Assembly: GCA_965644265.1 (NCBI GenBank) | Contig: OZ286461.1 | Location: forward strand, 44,702,001-44,766,000 | Source of the DNA: Glycera tridactyla | Taxonomy: Eukaryota | Reading direction: 5' to 3' | Length of the DNA: 64,000 bases | Part shown: positions 53,254 to 64,000 of the stretch, in pieces | Position numbering within the stretch: the stretch's first letter is position 1 | Layout: each line of letters starts with the position of its first letter | Translations under genes and position numbers: made by a program | The notes under the pieces: model-generated | Told to the model about the DNA's origin: nothing | What the model saw: the letters and a program-made list of their open reading frames with translations, nothing else | Databases searched by the model: none

Positions 53254-53384
53254 NNNNNNNNNNNNNNNNNNNNNNNNNNNNNNNNNNNNNNNNNNNNNNN
53301 NNNNNNNNNNNNNNNNNNNNNNNNNNNNNNNNNNNNNNNNNNNNNNNNNNNNNNNNNNNNNNNNNNNNNNNNNNNNNNNNNNNN
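53254..53384. other. Assembly gap (131 N)
   Basis: Run of N. Confidence 0.99.
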
Positions 53385-54729
53385 TACTGATACGTTGTGG
53401 GGTGGGGAATTTGTGGTGCATGTTTTTTTCTCTGCAGTGTTTGTTATCTTGTGAACAGGCCGGCTCCTCCCATGTCTATATAAACTTATCTAACTGTGTC
53501 TGGTGACCTGCTATCTTCTCCTGTTATCACCCACCTGTCAGCCATGCTACTACACCAATCATGTATCAAAAATCTGCTTGCTAACCTGTACCCTGAAAAA
53601 AAATCATTTCTCCCATCTTTCATTGCTCATCAAAATGTCTTCGAAGAGAGAATAGCATCTAGTAGGGTGATATAGGCCATTTAAAATGCACATGTCACTT
53701 AATTGGCCCTTTATTATGACCATTTGGCCCATTTTCATTTTACAGTCGGGCCACATTGGCCCATCATTTTGAAATGTTAGGTGCAGCTTTGCAGATGAGG
53801 GTCTTCCATTTGTAGGTCGTTTTAGATTCATTTCTTCTATAACTTCCTGTCCACATAAGTGTTCAAATTTTCTTTTGGTATTGAGGTTTTATTTTGTCCT
53901 ATTATTTGGTATAATCCTTTTCTCTTCTTGGCTACTCAATCGATAAGCCCCATTTGGGTTCTTCCTTTCTCTTTTGGATTGGATAGAAGCTTCAATTTTC
54001 AAAACTGCAGTTTTTCGTGAGGATTTTCCCAACAACCTAACTTCGTTTTTGCCTTATGTTTGTATGGCAGGGTTTGCATTAGGAAAGGGGCTCCTCTGAT
54101 GCTTTGGCAGTTGTGTACAATGATAGTAGTTATGTACTGTAGGCTTTCTTAACATCTGCCTTAGCATCGAGGAGCTGAGATGATCCTGCACTACACACAG
54201 CATTCACTTAAGTACTAACCAATAATGCTTATCTATGTTTATGGTTCAGACTAACCTCTTATAACCAGTTCTCACATGTGTTTGTAAATTAATACTCTCA
54301 TTGAACAAGACCATTTGATGACTGCAACATGTGTTTGCAGCCATCAAAAGGACATTTCTAATATGACCTTCTTGAGTCTCGGTGGCAGGTTCTTGTCATT
54401 TCAATTCCCAAAAATTTCTTCTTGATAATTGATGAGTCTGTATCAGTTGGAAGTATGTTGAGAATACAAACTGAAAAGAGTGAAATTCGCACTCTAGGAG
54501 CAATATTTTGTTCCACACTTTACTTACCAATGTGGCAGAAACACCAGAAACCTACATTTGGTGGACGATTGGTGGATTGCACAAAAATCTTTATCATTTG
54601 TCAGATCAATTTTGAAATGCCGACCAAGGATGCAGTGCATCTGGTATCTGAAAATGGTGATTGATCACCCTCAGAATTTAAAATAAAGCAAAATTTTAAC
54701 GGAAAATTGTGATGCTGTTTGTGTTGCAG

Positions 54730-54930
54730 GAGTAGTCCACCAGGGTACCCGATCTCGGCAGGATTCCGCGGCCCGTACCCAACATCATTGTCGAGCTCAC
54801 CATTATCGCGGTTAAGTCCACCCGGCATGTTGCCGCACCACCCAGGCTTGCCGCACCCGGGTATACCCCATCCAGCTATCATCACTCCGGGACCAAAACA
54901 AGAAATTCATCCATCACAAGAAAATCACAG
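54730..54930 (+). CDS. TCF: TCF/LEF exon (SSPPGYPISAGFRGPYPTSLSSSPLSRLSPPGMLPHHPGLPHPGIPHPAIITPGPKQEIHPSQENH(R))
   Basis: Acceptor tgtttgtgttgcag, donor AG|GTACCC; 201 nt, phase 2 to phase 2. Contains the conserved GFRxPYP and GIPHPAI(I/V)TPxxKQE motifs of TCF/LEF. Confidence 0.95.
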
Positions 54931-57900
54931 GTACCCGTCAATCTCTCTTCGTCTCTACGTTAAGCTCTTCATTCTCTCAGAATCTCTTTGATAGGATACT
55001 AATTTTCTGAAAATTTTAAGAATTCCAAAAAATGCAAAATTGATAAATTACTGCTGGCTGGCTGAGAGTTCCAGAATAGAACTTTTTGAGTATGAGTAGG
55101 GGTATATTCTGAAACAAATTACAAAATTTTGAATAATTTATCCAATCTGATAGGTGTTACTGCTTGAATCTGGCACTCACTTGCCCTTGGAGATCGGCTT
55201 ACTCACATGTGTATTTATCATGAATAAAAATTTCAATCAAATTTCCAGAATTCAGTTTTACTCTGGGGGTTCTGGATTTGTTCACCACAGCTTGAGATTC
55301 TATTTCAGAAATTAATCAGCCACCCACTTTTATCATTGTTTCACTCAACTTGGTGGAATATGGGAAGTAGATGGAGCCACAAAAGTACATGCAAGAAAGT
55401 ATTGTATGCCCATTTGGTATTGCTGACACATGCTGTTGTGGCATTGATGATTGATTGATTGAAATTGAACATGAGAATCAAAGGGTTAGCATAACGGTGG
55501 AGGGTGAACATGAGTGATAGTCCACCATTTGAAGCAGTAAAGAAGAAATCCATTTGAGCCACTCAATTTGCCCACTGCTGAGAAACTTTTTCGCAGGGTA
55601 ATTTTCTGAATTTTTTAGGTGAACTTCAAATTGGTCTGCCTGAGGCTTGTTGGTTTGTCGCAATGATGAGCCACCCCAGGTACTCATCAATTACCCTAAT
55701 TCCAGTCACTTCAACCATGGTGCAAAGTGGGTAATTCATAAGAGAATTTAATTGCATTAAAATTGTTTGAAATGCCATTGAATTCCAATTTAAATGGGGG
55801 TGTTAAGTTCATTCCCTCAGGAGCCTTCTTTTTGTACTTGCTTAAAGTTGATTGAATTTACTCACTTCACTTATGAATTGGCCTTCTTGAACTATCATGA
55901 GCTGTTGTGTCAGAATTTCTATTGTCCTCGATTTGAGTATCGCCATGACATTGTTAGGGTTCCAGTGCAGGAATAAAAAAAAAACGTTAGTGCTTGGAAT
56001 AGTTATCATATTATATACGATATCTAGATTTCACCCAGGATTTTCCAAGGGTAGGGGGCTCACTTCTGATTACAAAGTGAGAAATGAGTTTGAGGTCACC
56101 CAAGCTTACTGTGCCTCAACAAATCCAGCTATGTTGACTGAGCTTTTTCACTACCCCAGACTTTATTTAAGAACAATATGACTCAAATGGTGCAGTGATG
56201 TCAAAAATCATAGGCTTTGGTAGTGCTTGAATTGTTCTCTGGAAATCTCACACATGTAGTGTTTCGAGCGAAATTATTCATTTTTTGGATTGAATGATTG
56301 CATAAAGATTGAGTGGTATTCGTATTATTCTGGATATGTTACCCACCAACCAATTAGTCAGTTTTCTGACATGCTGCACCCATTGTTGTACAAGAATTAT
56401 GGTAGTTTTCGGACAAATTGTTCCAATTGATGTTGGCGTAGGTTTGACCTTGCTTCATTAGTCAGCCGAGCTCCAAGGAGCTGATGACACTAGCCGCAGC
56501 CAAGCATCACTACAACTCCTTTGATTTGTAGCGCAGAGGTCCCGACCTGTCCACGTTGCATCTGACCTTGAAGCCCTCCAGTGACCTTGTCTAGAGCTGG
56601 GCCTGACCTTTCTGGGTTAAAACATGACCTTACCCATGAGGTAGTGGACAATGTCATGGCAGCTATATGATGTAATAGGTTGTCCAGTTTGTCAGAGCTC
56701 CAAGCAGACGCTGAAGATGCGGTAATTGCATACCGTCTGCAATAATTCACATCTTGATTGTCCATCAGTCATATGCCATTGGAATTTCACAATCTGGGCT
56801 GAGATAAGTTTCATAATTCCCGCAATTTTACATTATGATTTCGCAGATTTGTCACTGCAATGATTTGAATCATAGAGGGTTTTTTTTTTTTAGATAATCA
56901 TATTTTCAGAGAGAGAGAGAGAGAGATTGCAGTCTTTGGCCATATATTCTTTCCACCTTTTCCCGAATCATATCATATCACGGGGAAAGTCTAACTTAGG
57001 AATTATTAGTTGCTTGAGTGCTCACCTGTAGTCAGTTAATATTATACATATTGAGGATTGATACTGGATTTTGGATGCTGTAGTGGTTTGAATGGGCTAC
57101 CAGTGGATTTGGTTAGATAGATACCTAGTGATTGGGTGGGTGGGCTGAGCATACTGCAGGGTGTGGTTCAGGGCGGAGATCCAGAAAGAATATGAGGTGT
57201 AACGCATGACCCAGCGTCACGCGAGTGTCGCCTTTGAAGTGGACCACTACCCCGTGTGATCCAAGGCACTTGTTATGTGCCACACGCCGTCGAACAGGCC
57301 GAACAACGTGCCAGAGATCGATACCCACAATGCCTTGCCAGCAACCACATTACTTTGCCACCGTTTGGCCCCAGCACAGGCCAATTATAGCGGCCATTAA
57401 TGAAAGGAAAAATGGGTCCAACATAGAGCATTTCTCAACACCTTCCTGCCGAAAGGTGCACCCCTAAATTAGTGGAATGATCCCAAATTAGCCGAGAGAT
57501 GGTGATGGGAGAATGGTGTGCATAGGACTCTGACAAGAACTCCCGACCTTCAACACTTTGACCCCTTCACCTTTACATCACATCTCGTCGATGCTAGTAA
57601 CTAGTCAGCATTCTACTTGAATCTTATACAACCCGAAAGTTTGACCCAAAAGTTTGCGACATAACCACCTAATCAATTCAAACACTCATACGCATATTCA
57701 TACTAGATAGTTGGTTGGGAGTGAGGAGTTCACAATCAATTGTGGGCATCATGATCTTTTTTTCTCCCAATTAGATAGTTTCTAGCTTATTTCCTCTACA
57801 AGAAATATCTGTCAAGTCAGTGAAGGTTGTGTTCTGCCTCTATAGCCTAAGGCTCAAGGCAGCCACACAACCATCCTGAGATTTATTTCACAAAGCTTGA

Positions 57901-59618
57901 AGTGTTGAACCTAATTTGCTACACACTAAACATTTTGCATATGTATTCATCATCATCATTATTGATCAAATATATGATTTGTGCTTGTGATAATTCTTGT
58001 GGAGGCTTCTAGATTTAGCTTTGGTTCAGTTTTGTTATGTTTATTTTTTCCATGTCAATCAGAATTATGTACAATGGCTTATCTGTTTATTTGTCAATCC
58101 ATTCATTTGAAGATAGATTCCTCATGATTTCTCATATGAATAGATGCAAGGAGTAAGGTTATAATTAGATTAGTACAGTAACATTTAAATGTATGTTGGA
58201 AATTCCTTGAATGATGGTTTAGCTTATTGAAAAACAGATCTCAAAGAAACAATGGAAACGAAGGTATTGTACATCATTGGTTCTAATGCAAATGCACAAG
58301 ATTTGTTGGTAATTTTGTTGGGGACCCTTTGGTGATTGGGTTTGGCGTGTGGCAGCCATCATGACGCATGTGCATGACGTCCACACGACGTCAACCGCCT
58401 CCTCTGATGGATCCCTGTCTCCCTCACCATTACCCCTCGTAACCGCCACTTGACGCAAATTATGTGCCGTAGAGTTGAGCAAAGTAACGAGTTTTGATCA
58501 TGGTAGGTGGCCATCCACACGGTCGTCATCTGTCAGTGTCAGGCCTCACGTAAATCACCCCCATCCACAGAATGGAGCCTTCCCTTTTCATTTCATATTT
58601 TGTATAAATTGTTGTGATTTTTTTTTTCATATTTCATTCCAGTGACCAACGATTCAGAGCGGGATTAATGTTGTATTTGTCAATTGCAGGTGGATGTTAC
58701 CTCTACTTGAACGCAAGCTTTCATAATCAAAGTCACGGCTTTAGTTGATTGGTGCTGACACGGTTGAACTACTAAGTTTGAGACTTCATATCAAACCCGA
58801 TCGTGCAAATCTGGCTGAAGTTGAAACCTTTTCATCATCAGCAAAATGTTAAATTTGATCATATCAAAATTTATTTCATATGCTTAGTGGATCAAAAGTG
58901 TGTTGTACCAATAAACTCTCTCCTCTACCTATTATGGGTGTTGCATTTGTGGTGACTTGAGTTTCAAATACCAGTCCCCCTAGCTAAGTAATGAAACTAC
59001 AGTATTCGGGAATTATAGAAAAATCGGAATTAAGTATTGATTTATATGTGGGTTAAAACATCCCATAATGATTCTGATGCAACTGCTAAACTAACCCATG
59101 CCGTTATTTCCGGCTTAATACTTCTCTTTGGCTACCGTCATGGGCCACAGATCTAACACTCCGAAATTCTCACTTTTCTCTAACCATGGTGGGCATTGAA
59201 TTTGACGTTTAGGTATGATGGTGCCATTGATTGATTATGTGATACTGGATTTTGTTCCGACATATGTGCACACTTTTCAAAAATAATTCTTCCAACTATA
59301 TACACATGTATTCAGTCTGCCGCTTGCACATCACTAACGATTCGGTGTCATATTACCTGATCTGTGCATCTGGCTGTTGTACACATGAATGTATATTACA
59401 CTAATCATCAGTGAAATGAGCAAGCTTTGATCTCGAAAATGATTCTTCTGTTGACTGATGATCTTCCCGAGCCTCGCAAAATTTCACTTTAGTGGCTGCG
59501 ATTCCATCAACAGCGTAGCTTCTTCTAGATCTATATTGTGCACGGACATGTGAGTGAATGAATACAGTATGTTATGTGGGGGCACGTGGTCTGATGACTC
59601 TTGTTGATTTGCTTGCAG

Positions 59619-59811
59619 GCCCTACCCATTTCACCATCATGACCATGCCCACGATTCTGATAAGTCACAAGCAGATACAACACCCAAAAAGCCCTGGGTT
59701 AAGAAGCCTCTTAATGCCTTCATGCTCTTTATGAAGGAAATGCGAGCCCAAGTGGCATCGGAGTGTTCACTCAAAGAGTCAGCACAAATAAATCAAATAT
59801 TAGGTCGAAGG
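59619..59811 (+). CDS. TCF: TCF HMG-box N-half exon, copy A ([64 protein letters not shown])
   Basis: Acceptor ttgatttgcttgcag, donor AGG|GTAAGT; 193 nt, phase 2 in, phase 0 out; open and in frame with exon 54730-54930; clear TCF HMG signature. Missed by the ORF track. Confidence 0.93.
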
Positions 59812-59880
59812 GTAAGTGTCATCTTCTTTTAATAAGCGTGCACTGTTATGATCATGTTCCCCCCGTCTTGCGTTTTCTAG

Positions 59881-60061
59881 GCCTGAAAGTGCTCATCAGT
59901 ACCATAACGGCATTGACCAAAAAGAGTCCGAGCGTAAAAGGTCATATGTTAAGAAACCGCTGAATGCGTTCATGCTCTTCATGAAAGAAATGCGACAAAA
60001 AGTGGTGGAAGAGTGCACACTCAAAGAATCGGCGGCTATTAACCAGATTCTGGGGCGAAAG
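59881..60061 (+). CDS. TCF: TCF HMG-box N-half exon, copy B ([60 protein letters not shown])
   Basis: Acceptor ccccgtcttgcgttttctag, donor AAG|GTAAGT; 181 nt, phase 2 in, phase 0 out; near-canonical TCF HMG helix 1-2 sequence. Confidence 0.96.
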
Positions 60062-61529
60062 GTAAGTGTGGATGTGTTGTGCAAAACAAACGCTCCCCAC
60101 AGGTTCCAGGGTGTCCTTAGACGAGATCTAGCCAAGCATCAAGATCGTACCAAGCATCGGTATCCATCACACGGTGGTGGTAGACAGGGTTACCGCATCT
60201 CAAAAGAAATCATATCCAGTACTGCATTTCAAAAAATACTGCATCCTGCAGAACATAATGATGTTGGCAGTGAATTGATTTGCAATGATATCCTGTTGGG
60301 TTGGATTTCTAAGGAAATCTTTTCGACATGGAATATCGGTGCCAATTTTGAGTTTGGATGCTCACAATTGTGCAAAAATGGTCAATATCTATGGTTAATC
60401 GTCAACTTGAATAGCAAGGTAACCTGCACGAGAGACCAACTCTGTACAAAAGCCACCTGCAAACAAAAAGCTGTGGAAGACAGGTTTGACTGTATTGGAT
60501 ATGGTATTCTTGCATGAATGATGAATAGCATGCGGAGGTCAAGGTGCCGGCAATTGGGGAAAGAGATGTTGAATGGCGTATTATTTGGGTATCAACTGCT
60601 GACCTAGCATGCTCCTCGAGAATTGATAGACAATGGTATTGTTATCGGGTAGATAAAGAAGGTGCAGATGCTACTGCGTTTCCATGATGACCTGATATTT
60701 GCGATAAAGGGGGCGCTGTTGCATGACTATGCGGGCCTTATTGCCCCTCCGCGGTCCCCGGTGAATCATTACTCTGCGCACAATGTGTTGAGCATAAGGG
60801 GTGCTTGTAGAAGCATATTGTGCATCCAGCAAGAGAGCTTTGATGCTGTGGAAGACATGCATGCAACAGAAATCACAGCTGCACAATTGTGAATGATCGA
60901 TAAATGAGCTAGCCAATTGGTGCAGTCACTACAGGGTATATTACCCGTTTGTGTCTGCTTTCCAATTGTGTGTGTGTGTGTGTGTGTTTGCGCGCACACA
61001 CACACTCACACATAAACGCATTTATGCATGAACCTTTTGCATCCATAGTACCGCATGGGGTATTTTACATACATTATCAAGTATGGACCCCTTTTTGAGC
61101 AGAAACAGATGGCAAATATAATAGTATTTTTGGATGTGGTACAAATAGGAATGACATTGATAGCAAGACTTTTCATGTCTTGAAATACATACATCTTATT
61201 TTGTGGCAGTGAGATTCACTCCAAATGATTCCCCTTCTTTTAAACTCCTAATTTCATGAATGGATGTTGGAAATCTCTTTTAAATGCAGTTTTTCTGCAA
61301 AATCAGCATTTTTCTAAGCTTGTATGAGCACTGGACTTGACCGAAATTAACATGAACAAAGATTGGATGTGTGATGAGTGTCATCGTAATTCGACAATGT
61401 CAGATGCAAGTGATGGTAATCGTTGTTTGAGTAGAGATCATACAGGCTGCGAGTAGTTTGAGAGTCTCCAATAGTACTCAGTGTCCATTTACGTCAGTCA
61501 TGATACGATTATGGTGCAGTTAATAGGTG

Positions 61530-61900
61530 GCGCTCGGTGCTTCTGCTCCTCGTCAGCGGCGAGCGTAGCAACCCTCGACATGTGACACATGCTGCGCCTC
61601 TGCCGCAGAATCCCAGCCGATTTCTGCCGCCTTTGAAGTCACATTTTGGCGCACCCAGTTCCAGATGAGCATGTCAAGCCAGCCCAATCAAATTTGGCAG
61701 TGACAGTAAATGCGAGCCTAGTGGCCTTGCCGGGGCTGCCATTAAAGATAAAAACTTGCCCCATGGTGACACCAACATGCTCTTTTGGGTGTTGTGGTGT
61801 CACGGCATGTGTGATCTAACAGACCTGGGTGACGCCGTGTGACGGCGGCGCCACCATCTGATGATGCATGATCAAAGATCCCTGACACTTGCGGCTCATC
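61530..61900. promoter_or_regulatory. CpG-rich patch with TCF HMG sites and GCCGCC helper-like sites
   Basis: GCCGCCTTTGAAG 61626-61638; CGGCGGC 61843-61849 and GATCAAAG 61870-61877. Confidence 0.4.
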
Positions 61901-62316
61901 TTCTGTCAGTGTTGTATTTGTCGTAAATTAGAAGCTCATTTAGTTGAGTGAATGCTTTATTATTTTATATTGTGATTTGTTTTGATGCTGATGTCACAAG
62001 TTGGACAGGGTATGAACAAAGATACATTATACAAATGATAAGCTGGATGACAATTGACGTTACACGCCCAGATTCTCATCACGATACTGATTCGCAACTC
62101 CATTTTCCATGGCCCCACCCCTAAAATAGCTGATTTTGTGGACATATATTCACTGATGTTTTCCATCTATTCAGCCTTGAGAAGAGAATTTGCATTCATG
62201 CATATAAATGATTTTCATCAACTTGTACTTATTCTGTATGCTGATTTGGCACTCCTCTCTTCTCTGTCAAATAAGAAATGAATCGGATGATTTCATGACT
62301 GAAGATATGTTCCATG

Positions 62317-62498
62317 TACAGTGGAACCTGCTCTAAAGACCACCTCTCTACAAAGACCACCTGCCTATAAAGTCCGTCCTGAGCTGCGACCGTGATAGTA
62401 TTTTCAACAGTAAATGACCTCTCTATAAAGACCACCTGCCCATAAAGACCACTTTTCGATGCGACCGAAGGCGGTCTTTATAGACAGGTTCGACTGTA
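62317..62498. mobile_element. TA-flanked MITE with repeated AAAGACCAC units
   Basis: TACAGTGGAACCTGCTCTAAAGACC ... GGTCTTTATAGACAGGTTCGACTGTA. Confidence 0.88.
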
Positions 62499-63540
62499 TT
62501 ATCATGGAAGATAGGTACAGCAAGTTACAGTTCAGAATGCTGCTGATATTTGTGCATGTTCGGATTAATATTTGGACATTTTCCATTGATTTATCCAACA
62601 TATATCTGTCACATTTACTTACCAAATATCCAATTGGCACCTCCATGACAAAATGTCTAATAACCCAAAACTAAAAAGGCAGCAATTGTTTTATTACAAA
62701 ATGGACATTGAACAGCCCAGGAATTACTTCAGTAATAATGCTACAAACTGTATGCTTTTCATGAATGAAAGAGGTATCATGCATGTACTGATCTCTTGGT
62801 ATATCATAAATGGTTCAGAATTTCTGAATATATTGAGGACTATTGGGAAGAAAATAAAAGATGGGTGGCCCATTGTAATGTAAGGATGATGGGGGTCATT
62901 GGGTTGTGTGTGGATATGCGTGTGTGCATGACAGAATTCCAATGAGTGCCCGTTGCATACTGTCAACTGACGTACAGTTGGAGGAAGTTCGCATAACTGA
63001 TCAATGTGCATTTCCGGCAATATAGTGACAAGAGCGACGATGGCAAGCTAGTGAAAGCAGGAATAGATGGCGCATCAGTTGCCGTCAGTACACCCCAACC
63101 GAGGCGGTATTATTAGCCATAGTCCTCTTCGTCACAGGTGCAAAATCTTCACCCAATTGCTGCCTTATTGTTGCCCGTTAGACAGGACATGGGCATTTTA
63201 ATTTCTCGTTGCCGCGGACGCCATACCAACCTCTCAAAATGTTGCTCACCTCACAATACTTGGCAGTAATCCCAAGTTTTAATCATTGAGTCACCTCTTG
63301 AGAAGCTGTCACTTGCAATTGTCATGACTGAGCTGGATGTAAATACGCGGCTGATTAGAGGAAATTAGTTGTGCCGTGTACCCCTGATGCCAACTCCCAC
63401 CAATCCTGTCAACCGCCCACCTGCAACCTACATCGTTTTCCAGCTTTATTCATCAACAGTCTTTTTCAGTTTCATCCAGCGATTTTCTCACAGTCCTTAC
63501 GTATGCAAATTTGATGCAACTTATCCAGAGAAGCCAATCA

Positions 63541-63884
63541 CAGAGATGCAAACCATTACAATTTTGGAGTAATGATTATTTTTCATTTGCCAAGATTTTG
63601 ACATTTTACACATGACACCGAATTCAGGATCCTCTTATTTGATCATTGCAAATATTTCCATCATTACTCTTGAAAATTGATATCATTACTAATTTTGGTC
63701 ATCAAAAGTTTGCATCTTTGCAGTCATTACAGTTTAGGAGTAATGATTACTCTTTCCGAGGCAAAAGTTTGGCATATATTACATTATTTGGAAAAGATCA
63801 GAATTGCCTAATTTGATCATTGCAAATACTCTTTCGAACATTTGTATCTTAACAATGTTAAATCATCAAAGGTTGGCATCCCTG
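63541..63884. mobile_element. Tandem pair of hAT-like MITE units
   Basis: CAGAGATGCAAAC...GTTTGCATCTTTG (63541-63720), then a second unit lacking its left TIR and ending GTTGGCATCCCTG; both carry the GGAGTAATGATTA core. Confidence 0.7.
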
Positions 63885-64000
63885 TACATCAAACAATTCA
63901 GTCAGAATAAGATGACCAGTATATTATCATTTTGAATAATATTTGAATTATATTTCTTCAATATATTTCTTGGTTTAGTGAAGTTCTTACAATCAGGGTC

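Noticed and set aside
54809-54817. Internal alternative donor CG|GTTAAG that would remove 40 codons in frame
   Set aside because: Mismatches the donor consensus at +3, +5 and +6; too weak to call without reads.
59972-60517. 181-aa ORF beginning with HMG sequence
   Set aside because: Only 59972-60061 is exon B; the rest is read-through past a perfect GTAAGT donor into intron and has no protein-like character.
60062-64000. Second-half HMG exon (WHALSREEQAKYY...) or a third HMG copy
   Set aside because: Not found by eye here or in 54931-59618; presumably beyond the window.
1-64000. CRISPR arrays, operons, rRNA or other prokaryotic systems
   Set aside because: The sequence is a spliceosomal-intron-rich animal locus; no spaced repeat arrays or rRNA-like sequence were seen.

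Overview
Eukaryotic (invertebrate bilaterian-type, apparently CpG-depleted) genomic window lying entirely inside a + strand TCF/LEF (pangolin-type) Wnt-effector gene. Three proline-rich exons (23034-23157, 41816-41906, 54730-54930) splice in frame across 18.7 kb and 12.8 kb introns. They are followed by TWO tandem copies of the exon encoding the N-terminal half of the HMG box (59619-59811 and 59881-60061), only 69 nt apart. Joining both copies gives an immediate stop, so they behave as mutually exclusive exons giving two DNA-binding domains. The beta-catenin-binding exon(s) and the second HMG/C-clamp exons were not found and presumably lie outside the window. The introns hold TA-flanked CAGT...ACTG MITEs (one nested in another), hAT-like MITEs, microsatellites and two assembly gaps. 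They also hold CpG-rich patches with TCF sites (candidate autoregulatory enhancers or internal promoters), a candidate extra phase-0 cassette exon, and several unidentified stop-interrupted minus-strand reading frames. All coordinates and counts were read by eye; no searches were run.
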